Below, piece after piece: positions 51,080-64,000 of a DNA stretch of 64,000 nucleotides. The DNA is taken from NCBI RefSeq assembly GCF_963921235.1, contig NC_086097.1, positions 28,708,001-28,772,000 of the forward strand, read 5' to 3'. The notes under the pieces are model-generated. The model searched no databases and had not been told where the DNA came from. It worked only from the letters and a program-made list of their open reading frames with translations. The translations under genes and the position numbers were made by a program. How positions within the stretch are numbered: position 1 is the stretch's first letter; every line of letters begins with the position of its first letter. This DNA is from Mobula hypostoma. Its lineage: Eukaryota.

Positions 51080-54000
51080 TAGAAACATAGAAAGCCTACA
51101 GCCAAATACAGGCCCTTCAGCCCACAAAGCTGTGCCAAACATGTCCTTTACTATAGAAACTACCTAGGGATACCCATAGTCCTCTATTTTTCTAAGCTCC
51201 ATGTATCTATCCAGGAGAACCTTAAAAGACCCCATCACATCTGCCTCCACCACCGTCGCCGGCAGCCCATTCCACGCACTCACCACTCTCTGCATGAAAA
51301 ATTTACCCCTGACATCTCCTCTGTAACTACTTCCAAGCACCTTAAAACTGTACCCTCTCTTGTTAGCCATTTCAGCCCTGGGAAAAAGCTTCTCACTATT
51401 CACACGATCAATGCCTCTCATCATCTTATACAACTCTATCAGGTCACCTCTCATCCTCTGTTGCTCCAAGGAAAAGAGGCCGAGTTTGCTCAACCTATTC
51501 TCATAAGGCATGCTCCCCAATCCAGGCAACATCATTGTAAGCCTCCTCTGCACCCTTTCTATGGTTTCCGCATCCTTCCAGTAGTGAGGTGACCAGAACT
51601 GGGCATAGTACTCCTAGTGGGGTCTGACCAGGGTCCTACATAGCTGCAACATTACCTCAGTTCCTAAACTCAATCCCACGACTGATGAAGGCCAATGCAC
51701 CGTATGCCTTCTTAACCACACAGTCAACCTGCGTAGCGGCTTTGAGTGTTTAATGGACTCGGACCCCAAGATCTCTCTGATTCTCCACACTGCCAAGAGT
51801 CTTACCATTAATACTATATTCCGCCATCATATTTGACCTACCCTCACACTTAATTGGGTTGAACTCCATCTGCCACTTCTCAGCCCAGTTTTGCATCCTA
51901 TCAATGTCCTGCTGTAACCTCTGATAGCCCTCCACACTATCCACAACACTCCCAATCTTTGTGTCATCAGCAAATTTACTAACCCATCCCTCCACTTCCT
52001 CATCCAGATCATTTATAAAAATCACGAAGAGTAAGGGTCCCAGAACAGATTCCTGAGGCACACCACTGGTCACCGACCTCCATGCAGAATATGACCCATC
52101 TACAACCACTCTTTCCCTTCTCTGGGCATGCCAATTCTGGATCCACAAAGCAATGACACTTTGGATCCCATGCCTCCTTGCTTTCTCAATAAGCCTTGCA
52201 TGTGGTACCTTATCAAATGCCTTGCAGAAATCCATGTACACTACATCTACTGCTCTACCTTCATCAATGTGTTTAGTCACATCCTTAAAAAATTCAATCA
52301 GGCTTGTAAGGCACGACCTGCCTTTGACAAAGCCATGCTGACTATTCCTAACCATATTATGCCTCCCCAAATGTTCATAAAATCTGCCTCTCAGGATCTT
52401 TTCCATCAACTTACCAACCACTGAAGTAAGACTCATTCGTCTACAATTTCCTGGGTTATCTTTACTCCCTTTCTTGAATAAGTGAACAACATCCGCAACC
52501 CTCCAGTCCTCTGGAAACTCTCCCGTCCCCATTGATGATGCAAGGATCATCGCCAGAGGTTTAGCATTCTCCTCCCACAGTAGCCTGGGGTAATCTCGTC
52601 TGGTCCCGGTGACTTATCCAACGATGCTTTCCAAAAGCTCCTGCACATCCCCTTTCTTAATATCTATATGCTCAAGCTTTTCAGTCCGCTGTAAGTCATC
52701 CCCACGATCGCCAAGATCCTCTTTCACAGTGAATACTGAAGCAAAGCATTCATTATGTACCTCCGCTATCTCCTCCTGTTCCACACACACTTTTCCACTG
52801 TCACACTTGATTGGTCCTATTCTCTCATGTCTTATCCTCTTGCTCTTTTCACATACTTGTAGAATGCCTTGGGGTTTTCCTTAATCCTGTCCGCCAAGGC
52901 CTTCTCATGGCCCCTTCTGGCTCTCCCAATTTCTTTCTTAAGCTCCTTCCTGCTAGGCTTATGATCTTTTAGATCTCTATCATTACCTAGTTTTTTTGAA
53001 CCTTTCATAAGCTTATTTTTCTTCTTGACTAGACTTACAACAGCCTTTGTAAACCACAGTTCCTGTACCCTACCATCCTTTCCCTGTCTCATTGGAATGT
53101 ACCTATGCAGAACTCCACGCAAAGATCCCCTGAACATTTGCCACAGTTCTGCTGTATGTTTCCCTGAGAACATCTGTTCCCAATTTATGCTTCCAAGTTG
53201 CGCCTTTTAGCCTCATATTTCCCCTTACTCCAATTAAACACTTTCCTAACTTGTCTGTTCCTATCCCTTTCCAATGCTATGGTAAAGGAGATAGAATTAT
53301 GATCACTATCTCCAAAATGCTCTCCCACTGAGAGATCTGACACCTGACCAGGTTCATTTCCCAATACCAGATCAAGTACAGCTTCTCCTCTTGTAGGCCT
53401 ATCTACATATTGTGTCAAGAAACCTTCCTGAACACACCTTAACAAACTCCACCCCATCTAAACCCCTCACTCTAGGGAGATGCCAACTGATATTTGGGAA
53501 ATTAAAATCTCCCACGACAACCCTGTTATTATTACACCTTTCCAGAATCTGTCTTCCTATCTGCTCCTCGATGTCCCTGTTACTATTGGGTGGTCTATAA
53601 AAACACCCAGTAGAGATATTGACCTCTTCCTGTTTCTAACTTCCACCCACAGAGACTCCATAGACAATCCCTCCATGACTTACTCCTTTTCTGCAGCCAA
53701 GACACTACCTCTGATCAGCAGTGCCATGCCCCCATCTCTTTTGCCTCCCTCACTATCCTTTCTGAAACACTTGAAGCCCGGCACTCTAACTAAACATTCC
53801 TATCCCTGAGCCATCCAAGTCTCTGTAATGGCCACCACATCATAGCTCCAAGTACTGATACACGCTCTAAGCACATCTTCTTTGTTCATAATACTCCTTG
53901 CATTAAAATAGACACATCTCAAACCATAGGTCTGAGCGCGTCCCTTCTCTATCACCTGCCTATCCTCCCTCTTGCACTGTCTACAAGCTTTCTCTATTTG

Positions 54001-55580
54001 TGAGCCAACCTCCTCTTCCCCAGTCTCTTCAGTTCAGTTTCCATCCCCCAGCAATTCTAGTTTAAACTCTCCCCAATAGCTGCAGCAAACCTCCCTGCCA
54101 GGATATTGGTCCCCCTCGGATTCAAGTGCAACCCATCCTTTTTGTAGTAGTAGTAGTAGTCATACTTTATTGATCCCGGGGGAAAGTGGTTTTCATTACA
54201 GTTGCACCATAAATAATAAATAGTAATAAAACCGTAAATAGTTAAATAGTAATATGTAAATTATGCCAAGAAATAAGTCCAGGACCAGCCTATTGGCTCA
54301 GGGCGTCTGACCCTCCAAGGGAGGAGTTGTAAAGTTTGATGGCTGCAGGCAGGAATGACTTCCTATGATGCTCTGTGTTGCATCTCGGTGGAATGAGTCT
54401 CTGGCTGAATGTACTCCTATGCCCAACCAGTACATTATGTAGTGGATGGGAGACATTGTCCAAGATGGCATGCAACTTGGACAGCATCCTCTTTTCAGAC
54501 ACCACCGTCAGAGAGTCCAGTTCCATCCCCACAACATCACTGGCTTCAAAGCTCTCACCTGCCCCAAAAGAAGACACAATGATCGAGGAATCTGAATCCC
54601 TGCCCCCCTACTCCAATCCCTCAGCCATGTATTTATCCTCCACTTCATTCTATTCCTATACTCACTGTCACATGGCATAGGCAGTAATCCCGAGATTACT
54701 ACCTTTGCGGTCCTGTTTCTCAACTTCTTTCCTAACTCCCTGTAGTCCGTTTTCAGGACCTTCTCCCTTTTCCTATCTATGTTGTTGGTACCAATATGTA
54801 CCACGACCTCTGGCTGTACTCCTTCCCACTTCAGGATGTTGTGGACGTGATTAGAAACCGCACCCCCCACCCCCCCAACTATGGAGTCCCTCATCACTGC
54901 TGCCATCCTCTTCCTTTCCCTTCCCTTCTGAGCCACAGGGCCAGACTCTGTGCCAGAGTTGCTTCCCCCAGGTAGGCCACCCCGCACATGCCCCAACCCC
55001 CCAACAGTACTCAAACAGGAGAACTTATTGTTAAGGGGGACAGCCATAGGGGTACTCTCTAGCATATGACTCTTGCCCTTCCCTCTCCTGAGGTCTCCCG
55101 AGGCCCTGGTGTGACTACCTGCCTATAGGTCCTATCTCTCACCTCTTCACTCTCCCTGACCAGACGAAGGTCATCGAACTGCATCTTCAGTTCCCTAACC
55201 CAGACCCTAAGGAGCTGCAGCTCGACGCAACTGGCGTAGATGTGGCCATCTGGAAGGCTGGGAGTCTCCAGGACTTCCCATATCTGACACCAAGCACAGA
55301 AAACTGGCTTCACACACATATTTCCCGTCTGTATTGTACACTGGCAACCTACCGCGCCTTGACCAGTTATCACCGAAGCCCTGTTGAGCCAAAGCCACCC
55401 TATTCTGTCTCCCTTTACTCCGTCGCCCACTCCTCCGATGCCCGTTCTATAAAGCTGTCTCCTTTAAACTCTTCTCGCTGTTCTAACTGGCTGACATCCA
55501 CGCACTTGCGCAGTCATGCTCCGATCAAACCGCTGAAGAAATAACCGTCTCCTTTTAAACTTTTCTTGCTGTTCTAACTG
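51080..55580 (-). mobile_element. Apparently full-length CR1 LINE in a PPP4R3A intron (sense orientation), disrupted
   Basis: CAWCQIWE/CVELQLL and VHIGTNN ORF1 motifs; APE remnants; RT ORF 51750-52550; (atagaaac) tail; a 5' UTR. Confidence 0.88.
54146..54560 (-). mobile_element. Rex-Babar-like LINE 3' fragment inserted in CR1 ORF1
   Basis: SHPLH...RKSFLPAAIKLYN peptide; gatcaataaagta + (cta)n tail. A related tail occurs at 2688-2840. Confidence 0.75.
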
Positions 55581-55735
55581 CCTGTTTTCTTTTTGACTGA
55601 TGTATGGAATGAACTGTCTGGATAGCATGCAAATAAGAGCACCTCGGTACATGTGACAACAATAATCAATTATATTTATTTAGTTTATGTCTTTACTTAT
55701 TCTGCCAGTGTTTCCAGGCTAGTAACCACACACTA

Positions 55736-55966
<231 letters not shown>

Positions 55967-56012
55967 TCAAATAGCAGCTAATCTGAGAAAGGTCAATTAA
56001 AATAATGAATTA

Positions 56013-56285
<273 letters not shown>

Positions 56286-58724
56286 TCAGCTTGCCTGAAG
56301 CTCTGATTTTTACATTGCTGTGCTGTGAAAGAAATATAATAGCAGTGTAGTTAAATTCAAAATGCATAAGATACAATATAACTTTAACAGACGTAACTAA
56401 ACCACAGTGAATGGAGATTGTAATAAAGCAAGGCTCTTCCTGTAGAGCAGTATAGCACAAGAAAAGGCCATTTAACTAACCATGCCCTAATTGCTAATAC
56501 TGTATACTCCAACCCAGTCAACATCCAGATCTGCATTCTCTCCAAAGTCTCCACCTTGTTCCTGTAGTGTGGTGACCAGTTGCAACGACTTCCTGATATT
56601 TATATTCAACACTGTGACCAATGAAGTCAAGCATGCCATATGCCTTCTTACCACCTATTCTCTTGTGTTGCCACTTCCAGGCAGCTATGGATTTCCATTC
56701 CAAGTTCTCTCTGTACATTAATGCCACTATTTTATTATTTTTAACGAATCACAGATAGGTCATCTTTAAAGCTTTAGGCTATCCCTTTCAAGGAGACACA
56801 GATTAGCCATTTATGCCAGTAGGGGCTACCCTGGAGTTACAAATGCCCAACTTATAGAACACAGGACATTACACACAGCACAATACAAGCCTATGGCCAT
56901 GATGTTTTGCTGACCTTTGAACCTACTATATCTAAGACTTCCCCTCTTACAACGGCCTCTGTTTTTCTATGATCCGTGTGCCTATCTAGCAGTTTCTTAA
57001 ATGTCCCTAATGTATCTGCCTCTACCAGCACACCTAGCAAGATGTTCCATGCACCCAGCACTCGCTTGGTAAAACACTTACCTCTTGACATTTCTCCCTA
57101 TACTTTCCCTCACTCGCCTTAAAATTATGACCCCTTGTATTAGCCTTTATGAACATCTGCAGATATGAACAAGCTCCCATAATTATATTAAATTTGAATG
57201 TTTCCTCTGCCTCCACTTTTATTAATTGTTCTTTCTAATCTGCCTTATGCCATTGATTACAATTCTGTGGAGGTATAGTCATAGCACTACAGCACAAACA
57301 GGCCTTTCAGTCCATCAAATCCATACTGAAATATTATATGGTTATCACATTGTGTGATTGTACTTTTTTTCCCCCAGACATAGACAAAATCAACATTCAA
57401 ATGGAATTTGTAAAAACGTGCAACCGATTTGTTACCCAGGGATGACCTCTAAGTAGCGTCTTTGTTTCATTCAAAATCATTACCCAGTTCTTTGAGCAAC
57501 ACTATTATCCTTTGCCTCAGGATGATTTAGACACCATCAGGGTGTGATATGAACAAGTTAGCAGAGCATCATACACAGAATGAGCCCATCAATTGTACCT
57601 CTAGAAAATAGAGCAGTACCGCAGAGGAACAGGCCCTTTGGCACAGATGTGCCAAACTAATTAAACACCTTACTAAATTATTCCTTTTTCCCCCAACACC
57701 ATGTCTATATCATTCCATTCTCTGCATGATCATGTGCCTATCTCAGAGCCACTTAAACCCTACTGTATTTGCCTCCATCACCTCCCCAGGAGTATATTAG
57801 TCACCCACCACTTTTTAATGTAAAAAAGTTGCTCCACACATCTTTGAACATACCTTAAAACAATGTGACACTGAGAAGAAGATACCAGATCACTATCATA
57901 TCTATGCCTCTCAATCACAGTAGCGTGGTGGTTAGCATAAAGGACAGGGATTCAATTCCTGCCTGTCTCTAAGGAGTTTGTACATTCTCCCTGTAACCAT
58001 GTGCTCTTCTTCCGGGTGCTCTGGTTTCCTCCTACATTCTAAAGCCACATGGGTTAGGCCTAGTGAGTTGTGGGCGTGCTACGTTAGCACCAAAAGCATG
58101 GTGACACTTGTGGGGCCCCCCAGCACATCCTTGGACTGTGTTGGTCATTGACACAAGCGACTCATTTCACTGTATATTTTGATGTACATGTGACAAATAC
58201 AGCTAATTTTAATCTCAATTTTATAAACATCTCTCAGACCTTCCCATAGCCTCTGATGCTCCAGAAGAAACAACCCAAGTTTGTCCAAACTTTCCAATTC
58301 AGTTTTCAACTACTATTCTCTGAGGCCCTGAATTCAGCTGCCAATTACCAAGCAATGAAATTCCAGCCCTTCTTCCTCTTAAGATGCAGCCTTAAAACCA
58401 GTCCTTTTTGGTCATATGAATATGTCTGCATTATTTGATGAGTGGCGGCTTTCAATGAATGTTTTTGTGAAATACTTTGGTGTACTTTGGAAGATGGAAG
58501 ATGCAAGTGCTACAGAAAATGCAGGCTAAGATAGCAAGGGAATTTTAAATGGTACAATTGCATGTCAACTGTTTATTCCCTGCTACATGACCTGCTGAGT
58601 TACTCCAGCATTTTGTGTGTGTTCTCGATTTCCAGCATCTGCAGAATCACTTGTATTTCTGCATTTTGATGTGTTTTATTTCCTAGTAAGCTGAAAGACA
58701 TACAATAACTGGTATATTGTATAG

Positions 58725-59488
58725 CAGGGGTCCCCAACCTTTTTTGCACCCTGGACCGGTTTAATATTGATAATATTCTTGCGGACCGGCTAACCAGGGT
58801 GGGGGGGGGGGGGTGTTCAAGTAGGGTTAAACTCACCTCAGCATGTCTTTTACAGTTAGGGTTGCCAACTTTCTCATTCCCAAATAAGGGACAAAAGTAG
58901 CAGTCAAATCCCGGACACTTTACCCCTGGAAAGACCATGATGACCATGAAGCCTTGCGTGGGCACCTGTGTCTGCATGCGCTACATGCCGGTGTTCTTCC
59001 ACAAATCGGTTTTGCCTTCATCTTCCCGACTATACTGTACATACATTATTTCTACTTTATATAGGCTGTGTATTTATCATATCATGCCTTCTTTTACTAT
59101 ATGTTAGTGTTATTTTTGGTTTTATGTGTTATTTGGTAGGTTATTTTTTGGGTCTGGGAACGCTCAAAAATGTTTCCCATATAAATTAATGGTAATTGCT
59201 TCTTCGCTTTATGCCATTTCGGCACAAAAGGCTTCATAGGAACGCTCTACCTTAGCGGGGGAAATACGGGACAAGGGTGGTCCCGTATAGGACAAATCAA
59301 TTTAGCCCAATATACGGGATGTCCTGGCAAATACAGGACAGTTGGCAACCCTATGTTCAAGTTCAACAGTGCGTGACAGGTAATGAGGAAAGGTGCAGTT
59401 GACTCATATTGCTTCATACCACCAAATAATATCGTTTCCTCGCGGCCCGGTAGCACATGCTTTGCAGCCCGGTGGTTGGGGACTGCTG
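58725..59488. mobile_element. hAT (Charlie-like) MITE containing a second hAT MITE (58822-59353)
   Basis: Outer TIRs caggggtccccaacc / ggttggggactgctg with TSD ttgtatag/ctgtatgg. The inner element is flanked by a perfect 8-bp TSD tgttcaag. Confidence 0.85.
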
Positions 59489-60189
59489 CTGTATGGTAAT
59501 TCTTCCAGCAAGCTGAAATCTGCTTACATGGGGCTATATGATCTTGTCAAGGAAGCAACTACCAGATTTTCAGACTTGTCTGCTAGAAGATTTTAGATTC
59601 CATCTCCACATAGCTGTATTTCAGCACACTGAAGTTGACATCACAACACACTACCTCTTTGAGAAAGGGACTACCCACGCTGATGATTTAAAAAATTTGA
59701 AATCCACATACTTTGCTCAACACTAGCAAAAAACAAAGCTAACATTTCAGCATGTTGTAATCATCATTATTGTTTAACCATTTGTTCCTTTAAAATGTTA
59801 TACAAGACATTTAAACTTTTATAATCTCAAAGTAACCTCAACAAATTTAATTACACATTTAACACACCAACATTAAGAGTCACTCAATGACAACTGTCCA
59901 GATGTGATTAACTTTCACCTGGTAATGTACATTATAACTATGACAATGCATAAATAATCTAACAGATTATTATTATTAAATTCTGTTATTAAAAAAAATA
60001 AAACAACATTATGTGCAAGAGATTCAAACGACAGCAACAAGATAAGAAGAAACAGGGAATAACAATGCAGTTGCTAATGAATGGTAATTAAAAAATAGCT
60101 GGAAACACCCAGGTGAGGCAGCATCCGTGGAAAGAGAAATAGCATTTCAGGTCCTGGTCTATTTGTCAAAATTGGAAAACATAAAAACA

Positions 60190-60735
60190 ACACACACAAA
60201 ATGCTGGAGGATCTCCGCAGTCAGGCAGCATCTATGAAGGGGAATAAACAGTTGATGCTTTGGGCCGAGACCCTTCATCAGGTCTGAAAAGGAAGGAGGT
60301 GATGGGTAGGTGAGGAGAAAAGAAGGGGTTTAAAGGAGCCAGAATGGGGATTGTTAAAAGAGAGAAGGGAAAGGATGTAGAAATTACTATAAGTTGAGAA
60401 ATCTATGTTCATACCATCAGGCCGGAGGCTGTATATGAGGTGTTGCTCCTTCAACCTGAGTTTGGCCACATCATGGCAGTAGAGGAGGCCATGGACCGAT
60501 ATATCAGAATGGGAATGGGAAGTTGAATTGAAATGGGTGGCCACCAGGAGATCCAGCCTTTTGCGGCGGACAGAGTAAAGGTGCTCGACAAAACCATCCA
60601 CCAATCTGCGTCGGGTCTCACCGACATGGAGGAGGCTGCAATGGAAGATTGGATACAATAGATGACCTTGACAGATTCCAGCATTTTGTGTGTGTTGCTC
60701 AAGAATTCCAGCATCTGCAGAATCACTTGTGTTTA
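60190..60735 (-). mobile_element. Penelope-like fragment with inverted ends and a GIY-YIG remnant
   Basis: ORF 60278-60748 contains HVGETRRRL..FVEHL..VATHFN; the ends are inverted copies of acacacacaaaatgctgg. Confidence 0.75.
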
Positions 60736-60974
60736 AAGACAAAAACAAGTTAGTTCTCAGTAGTGGCTGTAGAGGAGGGATGGTCAGAACAAAAGGAACA
60801 TCACTGATTGGGCAAGTCCAAAAGGGTTAACGCAAATGGTTTCTAGCACATTAAACTTCTTTGTGTAATGAGTTGTAAATGGTGAGGCTATGAGACATGC
60901 CCTGCACATCTGACTATACAAAAAGAATTACAAAACTCAACCAACATAATGGCTGCCTGGTGGCACAAGAGATT

Positions 60975-61505
60975 GCAGATGATAGAATCTGGAGCAAAAG
61001 GCAACTGCCGGAGGAACTTCTAGCAATTTCTCCACCCTCCACTTCTCTTTTTCCCCTCTTACCTCTTCTCTTTTACTCACCTGCCCATCAACTCCCTCTG
61101 GTGTCCCTCCTCATTCACTTTCTCCCACGGTCCACTCTCAGATTCTTTCTTCTTCAGCCCTTTTATCTCTTCTGCCCATCCACTCCCAACTTCTCACTTC
61201 ATCCCTTCTCCCCCACCCACAAACCTTTCCCCTCACCTGGTCTCACCTATAACCTGCCAGCTTGTACTCCTCCCCCTCCCCCCCACCTTCTTATTCTGGC
61301 TTCTGCCCCCTTCCTTTCCAGTACTGATGAAGGGTCGCGGCCTGAAACATCGACTTTTTATTCATTCTCCATAGATGTTGCCTGACTTGCTGTGTTCCCC
61401 CAGCATTTTGTGTGTGTTGCTGAAGGAATTCAGTGTGTCAGGAAGAATCTGTGGAGGCAAAGGGATGGTCCATGCTTCTGGCCAAGACCCTGCATCAGGA
61501 CCAAG
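60975..61505 (+). mobile_element. Penelope-like terminal fragments with a near-intact hammerhead at 61320-61355
   Basis: agta-CTGATGA-agggtcgcggcct-GAAA-catc-gact. Confidence 0.65.
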
Positions 61506-63724
61506 AGTGTAGAGGGAAGATAGCCATCTTAAAGAAGTGAGAGGAAGGGGTGAGACAGGGTTGGAACACGACTGGCAGGAGTGACCAGTTCTGATAGAGG
61601 AAGGGAGAGTGAGCTACCTAAAGGAAAAGGCAACAAACAAGTCAATTCTGAAATTGACTGATGTAAACAAAGCAGTTGAACTTTCTTTTGACTAATGGAA
61701 GTACAAACATTTCAACATTTCATTAAATACTTTAAATACCTTGCCTCACAGCATCACCTACATGTTCATTTAAAGTGTCACAACTGGTACGACTGAAGGT
61801 GGATTGCGACGTTATAAAACATCACCTCTTTTTGTTAATGGCTGCTGGCTTCTTAATCAAAATCTGTCCTAACTTTGATTGCTTTGAAGATGACTAAATG
61901 CATCAGAGAAATAAAAACAAACTGCTGGAGGAACTCAGCGAGTCAGGCGGCATCTGTGTAAGTAAAAGGATAATTGACAATTCAGGTCAAGTCCCAACAT
62001 CAGGACTGATGGTCTAAGAGAGTCTGTGGTGGGTGGGGGGCGGTGGTGAAAAAGTGAAGCAGATGCTGGTAAAAGAGATCGATGGGCAGATGGATGAGGG
62101 AAGGGTAGAGATAGCAACAGATGCTGGGAGGTGATAGTGGACCGGGCTGGAATTTATGGAATCAGATAGGGTAGATAGGTAATGAGAGGAACCAGGTGGG
62201 AGAATGGTCGGGGGGGGGGGGAGGGGGCGCTGGGTGAGTGTTTAGAATGAAGCAGTTAGAATCTACAGCCTTTTGCATCTTCATTGGAGAAATACCTCCT
62301 AAATTTGCTTTAAATCTCTTATTAGCACACTGCACTGCGTGTTCTTATTCCTTCTATTTTGACAGATCTGAACACAGATTTAATTGTTTTATTCTCCTCC
62401 ATCAAAACAGCTTTCATTTCTTAATATCCCCTAATATTTTCTTAAAGCATAAAGAACCACTCTTACAAACAACTTGTGACCAAGCTAAATATAATGACCC
62501 ATTACATTATAGTGTAGAGTTGTCCAAGTGCTCTCTAATAAGCATTAAGATGGGGGAAATAGTTTATTTCACAATTTTTCAAGGTATCTGATAATTAAAG
62601 ATTTAAATTTATTTATCATGCATACTTCAAAATATAGAATGAAACGTGTCATTTGTGTTAACAATCAACGCACCTGAGAGTGTGCTGGGTCAGCCTGCTA
62701 GTGTCACTATACATTCTGGCACCAACATTACATGCTGACAATGCTCAGCAGAACACAGAACACAACAAAACACAACATACAAACAACAAAACAATAAGAG
62801 AAAAACAAACCCCATTTCTCCCTTACACCTACCCTCCCACATACATAGTTCTCCAACCCCTGGACTGGCCGTCTTTGACCTCCAGCGAACCTGGACTCAG
62901 AGACATTGGGATTTCAACCTTCCCATACCTGAAAAGTGATATGTTAACTAACATCCAAATCTCTAACGATCTCCCCCAAAGAATTTACTTCCAATGCATT
63001 CAACCTCTTTTCAATGTTCACAGTGAATGTCAACCATTATTGATCTAGTAGTGGGGGCTGTACTCCCATTAAAAAACCACGGTTGCCTCTATGTCTACAA
63101 TGCTAGGACTTTTACTGTAAGTGGAGGCTTTCCTTGAGGTACTTCAGTTCTTTATTGGATCCAGTACATGGTCCATATCCAAGTCTTGCCCATGGTATCT
63201 ACTGAAATTGGTCTACTAATAATTTAAGTAAATCCTTTTAGAAGTTCAGGCATATTTCAACATTTACATTCAGATATTTGAAGATCCATCCTGGACCTAA
63301 CATATTGATGCAATTATGAAGTGGGCATGTATGAGGCTATATTTCATTAGGAATATGAGGCAGTTTGGTATGTCACTAAAGACTCTAGCAAATTTCTACA
63401 GATGTTCTATGGAGAGCATTCTGATTGGTTGCATCACCAGCTAGTATGGGGCGCCCAACCACAGGATCAGAAAAAGCGGCTGAAGATTGTGAACTCAGCT
63501 ACTTCAATCATGAGCACAATCCTCCCCACAATTGGGGACATCTTCAAAAGGTGGTGTCTCAAGAACGAAGCATCTAACATGAAGGACTCACACCACTCAG
63601 GACATGCCCTCTTTTCATTGCTATCAGAGAGGCGGTCGGTACAGGAAGTTGAAGGTGCATGCTCAACATTGTAAGAACAGCTTCTACCCCTGTGCCATCA
63701 GATTTCTGAAAGCCCTATGAAAAT

Positions 63725-64000
63725 TACCCAGAAAAAGCAGGACCTCCCAATGGCCACCCATTTTAAATTCCACTTCCCATTCGCATTCCAACATGTCAGT
63801 CCATGGCCTCCACTACTGTTGCGATGAGGCCACACTCAGGTTGGAGGAGCAGCACCTTATACTCCCTCTGGGTAGCTTCCAGCCTGATAGCATGAATATC
63901 TATTTTTTGAACTTCTGGTAATGTCCCTCTCCCCGCTTCACCATTCCCCATTTCCTTTTCCCTTTCTTACCTTATCTCCTTACCTGCCCATCACCTCCCT
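63725..64000 (+). mobile_element. Penelope-like GIY-YIG 3' fragment, cut by the window end
   Basis: Similar to 6870-7090. Confidence 0.7.

Overview
Vertebrate genomic DNA, most likely from a cartilaginous fish (inferred from the mix of esterase-ORF1 CR1 LINEs, V-domain/HE1-like SINEs and Penelope elements). Two host genes lie in tandem on the minus strand. The last six coding exons of PPP4R3A (SMEK1) run from 56194 down to the stop at 42710. The CpG-island promoter and first two coding exons of CCDC88C (Daple) lie at about 9.4-8.1 kb. All exon boundaries are GT-AG and the phases join up. The rest is mostly transposon debris. The best-resolved structure is an 8.7 kb hAT (Charlie/Buster-type) element at 22696-31379 with TIRs and an 8-bp TSD. 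It holds an L1 (14-bp TSD) that holds a young CR1, and an RTE fragment that holds an inverted-repeat Penelope element (12-bp TSD). The Penelope termini carry minimal hammerhead ribozymes: two copies have a perfect catalytic core and about ten are decayed. I found no convincing wholly new biological system. The interesting signals are instances of known systems with locally unusual arrangements. Boundaries of old repeats are approximate, and family names come from motif recognition, not database searches.
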